NCBI GenBank assembly: GCA_013265495.1
Contig: MU058781.1
Coordinates: 4,589,050 to 4,653,049, forward strand
DNA: 64,000 bases
Source: Vicugna vicugna
Lineage: Eukaryota
Direction: 5' to 3'
The notes under the pieces were generated by a model. It saw only the letters and a list, made by a program, of their open reading frames with translations. It had not been told where the DNA came from and did not search any database. The translations under genes were made by a program, and so were the position numbers. Positions 24,396-37,790 of this stretch are shown in pieces; within the stretch, counting starts at the first letter, position 1, and each line of letters starts with the position of its first letter.

Positions 24396-25606
24396 AGAAG
24401 CCAGAAACAGTTCATGTAAAAAAACAAAAGCAAACAAAACATCATGATGTTTTAAAAAATTAATAAATTAAATAAAATTTTTAAATGTTAATTTAACATT
24501 TTTAACCATCTGCCTTGCTACATTTGATCCAGGGCAATGAGTTCTGCTTCATCCTAAGACTGTAAGTATGTCACTCCCTTCAAACCCACTATCACGCCCT
24601 CGTAGCTTTATCAACTTGGCTTAATCCAGGTTTCAATACCAGCTGCTTTCCAATCCCTTCCACAATTAATCTCAACTCTTACTGGTCCTCTTTCAGTGCA
24701 TAGCCTTTGGTCCAACCAAGGCCTTGTTCTCTGGGTCTTTCCTCCAGTTGTATTAATTGCCTGATACACCCTCCTTCTCACCCATTCAACCTCTTTCCAC
24801 CCTCCTTCCTGACCTGGCTCATGCTCCTACCTCCTGCACACAGACTACACCAACTACTGGCAACCCGCATCTTCTCCCCCTTCTCTGAGGTCCAGATGCT
24901 CTATTATCTGAACACCACAATTTAGCACTCAACTTATCGGACTAAGAACAATTGAGCTTTCACAAGCAGAGCCCTGGACTAGAGTTAGGTCCATCAAATA
25001 CTGCTCTACAATTGAGTCATTTATTAATCTTGCCTGGACCACTATAGGGTAAGTTTCTTAAAGATGATTCTATGCATATCTTTCCATGCCTCTGCACATG
25101 AGATAGTGCCAGGCCCAACATAAGGAATTCATTGGTTTTCACTGCAAATTCAGTAACAAAGTGGATATACTAACAAAAGGACTTTAAAGTCTCAGAATTT
25201 GAATGAAAGTTCAAGAGTTTGAGAGTCTGCCAGATGTTAACCACTGTCACCATCATTTCACAATATATGCAAATATCTAATCATTGTACACCTGAAACTA
25301 ATAGACTGTATGTCAATTATATCTGAATTTTTTAAAGGGTTTGATAGTTTGAACATAAGCATTTCTTTATGCAAAATTCCTCCTGGTACTTCTTTCATCT
25401 CCCATTCTTAAAACAAAACAAAGCAAAAAACCCACAAAGTGAGTAATATAAGGGAAGACGCATGGAATCAAGATAGGTGTTTTGGAGGAAAAGTGCTTGG
25501 GGTTTGTCATATTTCATTTGCATTTAGTCTGGAGACAGTACGGTGACAGCGCTGGCAAAGGAAGAGAGTTTGAGGACAGGAAAAATGGACAGAAGAATTT
25601 TCCTTA

Positions 25607-25620
25607 CAGTTTCGGTTTCC
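25607..25620 (+). promoter_or_regulatory. ISRE (IRF/ISGF3) consensus motif
   Basis: CAGTTTCGGTTTCC fits AGTTTCNNTTTCY exactly. Motif match only; function unknown. Confidence 0.4.
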
Positions 25621-28459
25621 ATACTTTAGCTTCATCTCCTGCAAGTCATTACATGTGATGTTTTTAATCCACCCATCCACTAAACGGCTCACAAGCGCAA
25701 CTTCGCAACTTGGAAAAACACACCCCAGACTCAGTGGGCTTCTGCTTCTGACATACCCCATTTGGAACATTTGATTGAATTTGGGGTTTCCAAGTAGAGC
25801 GGTCCCCCCTCCACTTCCAGTGAGCTCATACATTAAGTAGAGTCTGAGCAAATATAATTATGTGTGATTTAAGATTTCTCTTTTCAAAAGGAACCCCCAA
25901 CTCATGAAAATTTCATAGAAAGGAAATAGAAATCAAGGGCAGGATGTAAAAATGTGAACAGTCATAGAAGCAAATGTGTTAAGTGGGAACTTCCTAAAGG
26001 GTTTTTACTGTCTCTGGTTAGATACTCTACTTATCACAAAAATTGAGACTAACAAGCTTCTGTTTTCCTTAGCAGATCTCCTAAAGGAAGGAACTGAAGG
26101 AAGCAGTGTTCAGCATGTCCCTTCTGGAAGTGGCTCTGGGGATATTTACCCCTGTCTAGCCCACCTCAAAGTACAGCTAATACTGGATCAATCCTGAAGG
26201 ATCTGGCAGCAACAAAAGGTGTCGACTACTGCAATGAAAGACCTACTTAACCCAAACGCTATGCACATAAAGATGCTTTTGCCCCTGCTTCTGTTTGCCC
26301 AGCATCCATGCCAGGTCAGGCCCTTCGAATAAGCCCCTTACGTCCCCAGGAAAAAGGCAGGGCAGGCCCAGGTGGGAAAGGGCCCGTGTTTACACGTCTA
26401 CAATCCATCACACCTAAGGGAGAGCAAGGAAAATATTTAACCGACAACCAAACCGGGGCAACTGGGCCAGAAGGCAAACAGCTGGGGTGTGCTAAGGGAT
26501 CCGAGGGGCTTTCTACACTTCAGTAGCTGCTGGAAGATTAACTTTCCCTCGCTGTCTTTCCTCCTTCCGAGTCCTGCCTCACTAACGCTGGCTCAGAGAG
26601 ATCTTCTGAAAGCTATTGTGCTGATAATACTGCTTCTGTACCAAGCCGGGAGCTCGTGTACACTGTTGAAAGGCAAATGATCTGAACGTGAAAGACAGAC
26701 TGAGCAGTTTTTACAGCATAACCAGCTTCTGTGGCTTCTATTTTATCTCCTAGGATTTTTTTCTTTAATTAAAAAAAATTTTTTTTCCACACAGAATACA
26801 CATCCATATTTTATTTTATAACGATGAGTGAACTTTTCAACCATGAAAATCCCTTTTAGGTCAAATAATGTCCTTGACTACCATGTACTAATAATTGCAT
26901 TTTAATTTCCTTTGATGGAGAAAACACGATGACAAAAGGCTATTATAGATTACAAAACTCTTATAATAGATATGTATAATATCACAACAGCTTCTACAGA
27001 CATTTGAAAAACGTCTGTAGAAGACATTATTCATTCACCACCCCCAGTCTCCACCGTGCCCACGCCACCCCTCTGTTCCCTTGGCCCCTCTTTAAGGGTC
27101 AACCTCACAGGTTGTCCTCGGGCCAGAGCTCACAAATCCCAGAACTAGCTCTCCAGACAGACAGATTTAAGGGAGGAGAATATTAATTCACCCATAAATC
27201 ATCTCCACATGTCACCTCCTCCCCTCTTCTTAACAGCAAAATCCCAAAATACAGCAGCCACTAGAGGTACCAGGGCTGTGGGTGTCAGTCCCAAAAGCAC
27301 ACAGTTCCCCGGTACCCACCAAGAGAGTGATGGCAAAAAGGCCTAGGAGACAAAAGGTATGAATTTTCACTGTTAGTTTCTCAAGAAGAGAATGACCATC
27401 TGAAATCTGAGACTCTTCATTTATAAAACTAGGAATAGATGGCAACATCTACTGAAAAAGCCAAAGCTTTGAGGTGGATTTTAGCTACCTCCAAAGGACA
27501 AGACACCACCCCCCAAAAAAATTTCCCTTTTCAGCAGAACCAAGCCATCTTCCTGACATCTGTCAACACCACTGTTGGCTACTGAAGTAAAAAGGTAAAA
27601 AAGGTTGGTGACACAGTCACTTGTTTAGTCCTAAGTAGGCAATCAATTAATATTTAATGAGTGAATGAGGAAGAAAAAAGTCACTCTGGCCACCACACAA
27701 AGGACAACACAGGACGTCTGAGCTTCCTCGCACAGACTGTTACTCCTGCACTGGGGACCCAGGGCCTCTGGACAAATTAGATCTGGAGGTTGGGTGAGCC
27801 CGGGCCACGCCTACGCTCACTTCCCATCTTTCATCCAGGCAGGTCCCAAAACACTTGTCTGGCCAAGCTGATGGATGGGCCTGGAATGGCCTTGTTTGCT
27901 GCCCGGCTGAGGCGCGGCAGCTGTTTAACAGCCCTGCAAGTGACCCTGGTCAGGACTTTCAAGGCAGGAAGCACAGAAGAATAGAGTGTCCACTTAACAC
28001 AACCACAAAGGCAGTGGGAGGAGGGACTTCCTCCCCTCGTAAGCCAGCCAGCAGCCAGGCACTCTAATTACACACACACAAACTCGGTGTGGGGTAGTAG
28101 GGGGGAAGGGCTCAAAACTACTCCCAAGCCATCCTAGCTTGGCCCTCCCTCCCCTAAAGGACACTGCAACCTGCGGCCCGTGTGAGTTGAACACAGAGAT
28201 TAGGTACATCAACTCTCCACCTGTGACTCATTGAACAACATCCCAGTCCTGGCTAGTCTCCAGCTCTTCCTCAAGGCTTCTTCAGTTGTCCCTCTTCTGG
28301 GGAACTATCATGTGCTATGTATCTCCATCGTCCACAGAAGCCTCATGCAGCCTGGAGCCTCTTCCTGGGCTCTGCTCCCCCTGGATGCCCCACTCACTAG
28401 TTTCTCCCCCCACATCCCAGATGTCACCAGTGAAAGAAGGAAAAAGGAAACAAAGTCAC

Positions 28460-29012
28460 TAACTTGAAAAAATACATGCATCTCAGTGTTCAGAGCAGCA
28501 TTATTTACAAAAGCCAAGATATGGAAGCAACCCAAGTGTCCATCAACAGATGGATGGATGAAGATGTGGTACTACTTAGCTATAAAAAGGGGAAAAAATT
28601 TGCCATTTACAACAACATGGATGGACTTGGAGGGTATTCTGCTAAGTGAAATAAGTCAGACAGAGAAAGACAAATACCGTGTGATACCATTTATATGTGG
28701 AATCTAAAAAATTAAACAAGCTAATGAATGTAACAAAAATGAAACAGATTCACAGATACAGAGAACAAACTAGTGGTTACCATTGGGAAAAGGGAAGGGA
28801 GGAGGGGAAGATAGGAAGAGGGGATTAAGAGGTATAAACTATCATGTATAAAATAAATAAGTTACAAGGATATATTGCACAAACAGGGAATATACCAATA
28901 TTTTATAACTATAAATAGAACATAACCTTTAAAAATTATGAATCACTATATTATACACCTGAAACTTATAATATTGTACATCAATTATACTTCAATAAAA
29001 TAATAAAATTTT
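28460..29012 (+). mobile_element. L1 3' end
   Basis: 'gccaagatatggaagcaacccaagtgtccatcaacagatggatgg...gaaataagtcagacagagaaagacaaatac...tcaattatacttcaataaaa'. Confidence 0.9.
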
Positions 29013-31284
29013 AAAACACACACACACAAGAAGGAAGGGAAAAAGGAAGCCCAATTCAAGTGGACCCTCTTTGCCTTCACTGATAGAGCTGATGTTAGTA
29101 AGCGTGGTGGGGAGCGGGAAGGTCCTATGTACAACTTCTATGTGCACATTTTCTTCTTCCTCTTCGTCCACCCACCTGTGCCATGAGGCAGGCCCAAGCT
29201 GTGTGCCTTTTCCCAGGCAGGTTTAATGAAAACCTAGGAGATACTGGTCTTCCCAGGGCTCTGGTTTTCGGTGCAGAGGCAAATGGAAGTGGGTCCACAT
29301 TTTGCAAGACCTGAAGTGTGTACAATTTTTAAAATGCAAAATGTATAGAAAATGATAAATACAAATTAGGTGTGGGGTCTTGAAAAAGGCCCGTGCAAGT
29401 GATGGGCCCCAAAGCTTAAGTTTCCTTTGCTTCCTGGTAATCAGCATCTGGGTAGATCTAAGCGCATGAACGCTCTTCTCAAGTTTCAGGTTCCTGAGAA
29501 GGGGCCAAGTAAATCTGACCCAAATACCAAGGGGGTATTCGGGAACCACTCAGAGGAGTCAGGAGAAGTCACCCTCTGAGAATCCTTCTTTATTTTGCTT
29601 CCTCCTTCCCACTTAAAAGCTGCACAAATGCATGTAGATGTTTACTGAGGCCGAGCCAAGGATAGCCCTCTGAGGAGAAGCTGTAATGGGTCCACACTGC
29701 CTGGTGATGGAGGCAAATGAATCCAGCCTCCTGATGAGCTCCTGGCTGGAGAAGACAGCCCAGTCACTACGCTGAGTCACCAGCCCAGGCAGGCCTTGGA
29801 CAAGCATGTATCCAGACCCTTCTGAATGCACTGCACCCACTAGGAGCTAGGAAAGGACGGTAAAAGCACAAGCAATGGTTAGCCTTTCCTCCACATGGGA
29901 GCTGAAACTCTTGGACCAGGGACCATGGAACCTGGCAACCCTTGGTCACTGCATCATGCTGGGATAACTTAGCATGGCTTAATGAGCTTAGGCCACAGAA
30001 GACATAGGTGTCCAGTACTATATGATGTGGGCAATTCAGAACTCTGTGTTCTGGGCCTCGGTTGCTTCATCTGTGAAATGGAGCTGTAGAAACGAGCTTG
30101 CCTGAGCTCCCCCTCTCATCTTGTGAATTCACAGGATTTCCATCTTGGAATTCACTCTATTTATTTGAGCCATCGCATTCCTCAGACAGTCACCAAGGCC
30201 TCTACCTCACTTGTCCCAGCTCCCCAGGCTCCCACTGCCCTATCCCTCCTCTATCCCCAAACAAGACTTCTATCTGATCAAACCGCAAACAAATAATTTT
30301 GTTTGGAAATGGGAAAACAGCTTTCAGTGCACCAATCTGCAAAAGGGCATATGGAGACATCCTACAAAGGCAGGGATGAGGGAATAGATGAGAAAAAAAA
30401 AAAAGACCAAGAGCCCTCCTCTTTTAAGGAACTTGTCCTGTTGGTGCCACAATAGCTACTGTAAGGAGCCAACACCCAAAGTGGCCAGTGGGAGGGATGA
30501 AAGAAGGTGCCCAGGGAGTGATAACTTCTACCAAACCAGATGGGCAGGCTCCTGTGATACCAACCAGCCCAGGGAAATGGTCTAGGGCAGGACTGGCCTC
30601 AGCTAGTTTCTTTCCTCCAAACTGCAGTAAACTCCTTTTATTCCCAAGTCCCTGCAAGTCCCCAGCTGCCCCTAGAATTGCACCCATGCTTCACCACTGC
30701 CCATTGGCTGTAAAAAGAGTGGTCATTTTTGCCTCAAGACCCCTACAGTCAGCCTCCCTCCCAGCAGGCCCCTTCTCCCTCAAGCCCCCTTGCACCTCAC
30801 GAGTTCCTTTCCCCTCTTGCCCTCAGTTTCAGAATGTGACCCAGGGGGACCCTTCCTGTCCCGCAGCCAGGCCTGTAACATTATCCGGCCCCACTCTCCT
30901 GTCTGACACTCTCGGGTTCCCTCTGCCTCATTCTCCGGCTCTCCTCCCCCAACTCATCAGCCTCAAATAATGCAGCTCCTGGCAGAGAACACTTCATAGA
31001 GTGTTTAATAAACAACATGGCTCATGACCCTGTCCTGAGGCCTCTGGTGACCGAGCTTTGTACAAATCTGATTTCAGGGGCTAATATTAGGTTCAATGAT
31101 TTGATATTGTTGTGCTCAACCATGTAGACATCCAAAAAGAATGACGTCGTGAGCTTCAATCTAATAAAAGAGACTGGTATTCAAATATTAAAAACATATT
31201 CTCTGACTTCCCACCTGCTCTCTTTCTAAACAGTACATACTAATTTGGAGGGGGTGGGAGAGTGTTTATCGTTCTCTGCAAAAT

Positions 31285-31502
31285 GCAATGCTTCTCAGTG
31301 GGGGTTGACTTTGCCCCACCAGGGGATGTTTGGCAATACCGGTTTTAACTGTCACAGTGGTGTGGGAGAATATTTACTACTGGCATCTAGGAGGTAGAGG
31401 CCAGGGATGCTGCTGAACACCCTGCAAGGCACAGAAGAGCCCTCACCACAGAGAACGATCCTGCCCAAATGTCAGTAGCACTACGAGGTTGAGAAACTGT
31501 GC
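31285..31502 (+). mobile_element. MER20 hAT-Charlie DNA transposon
   Basis: 'tactactggcatctaggaggtagaggccagggatgctgctgaacaccctgca...gaggttgagaaac'. Confidence 0.85.
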
Positions 31503-32064
31503 CACCAAGTGTCACTGTGGACTGAGAGCTTGAACTGTATAGTTAAGCAACAGCATTGGAAATACAGCTCTATAAGCCATAAAGGGCAGTGTGTTAGTAT
31601 CCCCAGTTCTGAGGCAGTCAGAGCTGCAGCTTCTGGCCCCTACTACCTACCTCTGATCTGGTAACCACCCTCCCACCCCCTGGCCAGGACCAGACACCTC
31701 TCAGTAAGTCCTTCCTCTTCTTCTGCTCAGTAGTCTGACATAATGGGCATTTTCTGAGGCTCCCCAAGCCCCAGCCGAATGCCTGAGTCAGAAACTGGAC
31801 TCAATTCCCGAGCCTCTGGAGTTCCCCTGCAAAAGATGGGCAGTGGACCTACTCCTCCGCCGGCTCTGCCTGGCAGCACACAGAACTTCCCACAAGGCTG
31901 CTGCAGCCGGGCTGCTAAAACCACAGCACAGCCCTCCAGGCCAGAAGAGACAGCTTCCCCTGGCCAGCTGTGGTGGGCTCACGTTGTTTCCTGGAAGGGA
32001 TTGTATGTCACTCTCAGTGACAGAGGAGGGAGTTTAAGAGGCTCCCCGGTGCAGTATCACTTAC

Positions 32065-32160
32065 CTACCCCAGCTGCCGCTGCCCACCGTTAGGCCAAGA
32101 GCTGGAGCCGAAAGAGGCTGAGTAAATACGGCTCGCTTTCACTGCTGGTGAGCTATATTT
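32065..32160 (-). other. Candidate non-coding (first) exon ending in a strong 5' splice site
   Basis: Minus strand reads ...GGGGTAG|GTAAGTGA (junction 32065/32064). The sequence is repeat-free, retains CpGs and has an A/T box at ~32152-32161. Confidence 0.3.
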
Positions 32161-33728
32161 GCCCTGAATGCACAACCGCCAGCCCTTCTGCTGGGGCTGA
32201 AGCACACTCACATTTATTTATGAACTTGAACCCAAGGTACAGCCACAAAACTCACCCACTCAAAGAAATGGAAGGAATGTCGAGAGTCATCTAAACAGGT
32301 TAAATCAGAACTTCCAAAAACAACACAGTTGGAATATTTTGCTCCAGAAGATTCCCAATAAAACAGATGCCTTAAATCTCCTTGGAAAACCCAGCCCGGC
32401 ATCATATGAAGCTCAGAGTCAGACTGGTCTTCCTCTGTCCCAGCTTCTCTACGTCCAGCTGCAACTCAACACTCTGCAATAAACTGGGGGGATAGTTTTG
32501 AAAATAAAAACAGGAGACATATGATCCTGTTCCAATACTTAGCCTGTTCTCTGCTTTTCGGAACTTAAAACCTGCCTGCCGTTCACTAAATGACATAGAG
32601 CACTGGCAGACAGAGATGCTAGAGAACGCTGAATGTACTCTAACGGGACCATTAGGATTACGTCAAAAGGTGAGGGGAAAAAAGGATTTGCCAGCCAAGA
32701 AAATAAGCATTCGCCTTAAAGAAATAGAACGTGTTCCATCTCTCTTCCCCCCACTCCCTTTCCTGCTTCCGATGAGAAACCGATTCAACAGGACAACCCC
32801 GAGTTCGTGCAAGGCAGGCAAACGTGCGTTTTCTCAAGCCAAGCACCGTGGGCAGAAGGATTTGAAGCAGAAAGAGGATAGCCCATTGGAACGGAGGAAG
32901 CTGAACAGGATCAGGACCCGTTTCAGACTAATGCAAATCACAAAATTATGACCTTCCTTTTGACAAGCCAACCAACCATCGTATCCTCAACGCCAGCATT
33001 AATAAATCATCTTTTTTTCGGTGCTTCCTAACACTGGCTATGAAACCTTGGGACTCAAGGTTTAAAACTCAGAGCAGAACAAAGGTTTTCATCGGAACCC
33101 AAAAATATTCTATTTCTGATTACTTTCTTAGACCTTGCTTCATGCCACTGAAGGAAAGACAGGACTAAATTCGCTCCGTGATTTTAGCTGGTACGGTGAT
33201 TTAGTCATCTGTCCCAGGAAAGAGACAGTTCTCAACAGCCTTTGCTTCTGTCTGGGACTTCATGGCAATAACAACAAAAGCAGCTGGCATTTGTACAGCT
33301 TTTTACAGCTTACACGGCAATTTAACACACGTTTCTTCACGGGCTCCTCAAGGGGAGAAGAAAACCCTCAATTTAAGTGAGCTGACTAGCCCCATTTTAC
33401 AGATAAAGAAACAATCCGGGAAATTAATGAGAAGAGCCTGTCTGTCACTGGCTGGGCTGGCACAAGTCATCAGAGCAATACTGTGAGGACACCACCAAGG
33501 TGAGGTTCCCTCACCCTCCGGGGTTCAGGGAGGTGAGGCAGCGGCTAAAACCCAGATGTCCACCTCTGCTGACAACATTCTTCAATTGCAGGATTACACC
33601 GACTGCGTGGTGATTTACTCTAAAATAATTCAGTATCAGCAGGGTGGTATTTGTGCGTGTGTGCTCATGGTAGTCTAGAGATGCTTAGTCACCATTTCAT
33701 CTTCCTCAATCAAGAATCCACCAAAGGT

Positions 33729-33854
33729 TGGGGGAGGATATAGCTCAGTGGTAGAGCGTGTGCTTAGCATGCACCAGGTTCTGGGTTTAATCCCCAGTAT
33801 CTCCATTAAAAATAAATAAATGAACCTAATTCCCCCCCCCACAAAACAAACAAA
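33729..33854 (+). mobile_element. Camelid tRNA-derived SINE (Vic-1-like), full length
   Basis: 'ggggaggatatagctcagtggtagagcgtgtgcttagcatgcaccagg'; perfect 17-bp TSD AAGAATCCACCAAAGGT at 33712-33728 and 33855-33871. Confidence 0.95.
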
Positions 33855-36294
33855 AAGAATCCACCAAAGGTACCGCAAGTGTGCACTGAAAAACCTAATA
33901 AAAATGTATACCAGAGGGTTCATGATTAGCACAAAAGATTAGATTTTGTCTTTCTTTTGGTGAAGAATTTAATGTGCAATATTTTGGTTGAAAGAAAAAT
34001 TGTTTAGATGATTACCACCCAGTATGAATAAGGCACAAAAACCCTGTAAGCCCTAATCTTAGTTATTCTACAAGCAGCCCAGAGAATCTTCAACTCTGCT
34101 TTGGTCTGTGTCCCTCTAGTCACTGGAGACACCATCACCTGACCCAAAATCAGAGCAACTGTATCATTTCAGAGTGAACCTGTGATGTGAGGTGTTTGTC
34201 CACGTGCCTGAGGACAGAGGGTACCCCTTCACCCACCTATGCGGACTTGCTAGCCAAGTTCAGTCTTAGACTTGGCTTTCACCCTGGTGGTGAGGCTGTG
34301 GGGGACAAGCTATCTAACCCCCACCTGTGGCCAACTGCCAGAGGCTGCCAGTATCGCCCAGATGAACCTGACAGCAGCTGAGCTGCCACAATGACCAGCA
34401 TGCCTCCACCATTAGGGACCTCCTATGCGCTAATGATGGCCCAGGTTCTGTACAAGATGCAGAGATGAGCAGAACAGGCCCAAACCTGCACAGCCTGGCT
34501 CCCCAGGGGAGAGGACAAGGCAGACAGGTAATCAGCGCCCAAGGGGAGGTTAAGACAAAGGAAACAGCCCACCTGCCCCCACCGACATTCCTGTTCCTGG
34601 TGGCCAGTCTAGCACTCCACAGTGAACTCCAGGGAGAAGGGGCACGGGCTGGGAAGGGGAGGAAGAGGAACTTCTCCATGAAGTAATAATTCATCTCCTA
34701 AAAAGAAATCTCCTGGCAGCAGAAACTGGGGGTGGAGAAGCTGGTAGCAGTAGAAAATATCACGTCAAGAACAGGAAGGGTTAAGAGACCATCAGAAAAG
34801 AAGAGAAACAATCCCAGCTACTGCTTCCCACCCACAGTCACCGGCACACCATCTTCAAAATTTATGCCACATCCAAGTTCTACCTGTCACTTCATATCTT
34901 TCTTTAAAAACAAGTCACATTTTATCTGTAAATATTCTCATGTTAAATAAAATTTTGACACCAACCGTGAATTGAAAACCAATATCACTTGCCATAAACA
35001 GAAGAGAACCATGAAAATAAATACAATGAAAGCAATGTTATGAATTCCACCTGAAGATACGGAAGGCAGGGAGCCTGGGGCTTGCTCCCTCTCTGTTTGA
35101 CAAGAGGAAGAGGAATAAAACCAAGAGGGAGAAGAATTGGAGTTAGAGAGGGTTCAAGACATTTTAGGACCAATCTGAAACTCTTTGTCTTAATCAGTGG
35201 GCATACAACAGATTTGAAAAGGCACTGCTTTCTCACTATACAATTCAACAAATTATTTCATGCCAAGTGTGGGTACCACCTACAATCATCTTCAGGAAAC
35301 ACCTGTCCCCCCCCAGTGCTATCAGGCAGAATGAACTTGAACTGTTCGTAGAGGAAAGGCAATCCACCCCCATCACTCAGAAAAGGAGGGTGCGTCATTA
35401 ACCACAATAACCGCTATAAAGTTTCATTTTCTTATGAAATGCAAGGACTATTCAGAAATAATGACATTTATTCTTTAAAATAAGTACTAAGCCAAATTTT
35501 AACCCCAGAAATCTCCCTTGAAAATGATCTCCAACCCCTTGCTGCTATTAATTCTTTGAGAATATGTCAATTAATTATATATCAATTGGGGCAGAAGAGG
35601 AGAAACCCCCATGAAAGCCCATTTTTCAGAATATCTGAAAGCAGGTATTATCAAGGAGTTGACACTGGCAGGCAGTTAAGCAGAACAAACCCATAAGGAA
35701 AAGTTAGAATGAGGACAAAAGCCTACCTCCTGGGCATGGCCACTGGCAGAATCAACAGCAGATCAGAAACAGATTCAAATCACAGCCTCCCAGAGGTAAC
35801 TGAACGCCCAAACACTGGAAACTTAGCACTTGGCTTTGAAACCTTACAATTCCCTGGTCCCCAGTCCTAGATAAGGAAAAGGTCTGAGTGCCCTCTGGTC
35901 AGCCAAGAAACACCAGGTGAGAAGGGACACACCTAGAATTACAAAGTGAGGTGTGCCTCAGATAAACTGCTAATGTATCAACCTGACCCCACACCCCCGT
36001 CTCAAACCCACAATTCAAGACCAGCGCACAGAGACTCACCCCCACCTCCAAACTTCGCTTTACCCTACTCAAAACCCCATCACCCCCTCTGCAGCTCCCG
36101 GCTGAAGCCCTACGTGACTAAGACACAAACTGGTTAGGACCATTTAAATTTATTTAAATGCTGTTACTAAGAGTAACAAACTCACTTTTCATTCACCAGG
36201 TCTCTCTGGCAGGCCTTGTGGGAGCCAGGGGCTGTGCTTGGGGCTGGCTGGTGTCCTCAAAGACTTCCCAAGCTACAGGGAGGTCTTAGTAAGG

Positions 36295-36816
36295 TGAAGG
36301 GGTCTAGAATAACCCACTGCGACATAAAAAATTACTTTGAGCTGAAGGCATTTGAGTTCCTGAAATCCCTTATCTACCTAAAAGCAGAGCCTCCCAAAGA
36401 ATTCAGTTGTCATAAATCCCCTCCCTAGAGCAACCCTAATCTCAGAAGTCTGTATCACACCTAGACAGACATTGTCACAAACTGATACCTCCCACCTATT
36501 CTCCTAAGGGCTTGTTTATCTTTCCAAAAAGTCATTTGCTTTTGCCTAAATGACCTTTCTCCTCTCTCCCTTCCTAGAAGTCAGTGTTCCTCCAGAAGGG
36601 CTCCTCTGCCCCTCCCTGTCCCCTGTTAAGATGGTGTATAGGCCCCAAATTCTAATCCTCTCCTTGAGTCCCATTTCTTTGTGAATTTCCATGCTTACAG
36701 ATATAATTAAATGAGTTTTTTCCCTCTCTCTCACTAATCTGTCTGTTGGCAGTTTAATTTGCAAGCTCCTAACACTGAATATAACAGGGTAGAGGAAAAG
36801 CTTTTCCTCCCCAACA
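36295..36816 (+). mobile_element. ERV1-class solo LTR (MER34/MER4-group-like)
   Basis: TG...CA ends; 'tactttgagctgaaggcatttgag' 5' motif; 'aatctgtctgttggcagtttaatttgca...ttttcctccccaaca' 3' motif. Confidence 0.7.
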
Positions 36817-37479
36817 CAGACACTAACCACACAGGGCAGCTGGTACAAAGAAGGACAGATAACGGCCACCTTCAGTCTTTTCACAAAGACCTCCTGGGAT
36901 ACTGCACACAGGAGAACACTGCAGGTCACAGCACCTTGCAGTCACTACAGGCTCACGAAGGCCTCCAGGACCCACAACCATAGCTGAACACGGGCAGGGA
37001 AGGATGGAGGCGATAGAAAGGAAAGGGCTCCACTCGAACTCGATGGACAGAGTGTTGGGACACCCTTCTCTGAGGAGATGGTGCCATCCATTCACCTCAG
37101 AGACATGCATGACCGGCCAGCCCAGTGGGCCCCTTGTCCAAGGCTATAAATAAGAGAATTTCTGCTCTTCAGTCTGTCAAGCCAATACCTTTTTGCCAGC
37201 ATGAGTTTAATAGAATTTAAAAAAGAAAAGAAAGACTGAAGGGGCCACATGCATGCCCTCCCACCTAGCACAGGAGAAGTGGGAGTCCTTTATTCTCCTT
37301 GTGCCAAAATCTGTTTTGCTAGGAGAAGCTTCTTTTCACCAAGCCTCCAGGCTCTTTACCAGCCAGAGCCAAACAAAGAAGCTTAGAGAACCAGAGAACA
37401 AATAAACCAAAACAGCCCACAGAGAACAAGGGTAGGAAAGCCCCCAGTTGCACATGGAGCCAGCTTCCACCCAGTTGAG

Positions 37480-37790
37480 GCCTGCTTGCGCCCAGCCCAG
37501 CGCAGGCCCGGATGACGCGGGTAAGGCTTCCTTCTCTCCCGTTCTCCAGGGGCCTCCACCGTCAGCTTGGCCAGTGTCAGATGAAAGAATCCATCCAGAA
37601 GGCTTGTCTCTTTTCTGCCCCTCACTCCTTCTTAAAATTATTAACATCCACTTAAAAGAAAGGGGGCGGGAGTAGGGCGCCGAGCTCGCCCTCTTTTCAA
37701 ATCGCTTGTGAAGCGAGTACTGCTTATCACAACAGGTGCACCAGCCAATCACAAAAAACAGAGGCAGTGTGGCGCTGAGAGGCTAAGAAA
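37480..37790. promoter_or_regulatory. Promoter/enhancer-like island (GC box plus CCAAT box)
   Basis: GGGGGCGGGA at 37662-37671, CAGCCAATCA at 37742-37751, local CpG enrichment. Confidence 0.3.

Noticed and set aside
33729..33800. tRNA-like sequences at SINE heads as true tRNA genes
   Set aside because: They have A-rich tails and TSDs and occur as diverged dispersed copies, so they are SINEs.
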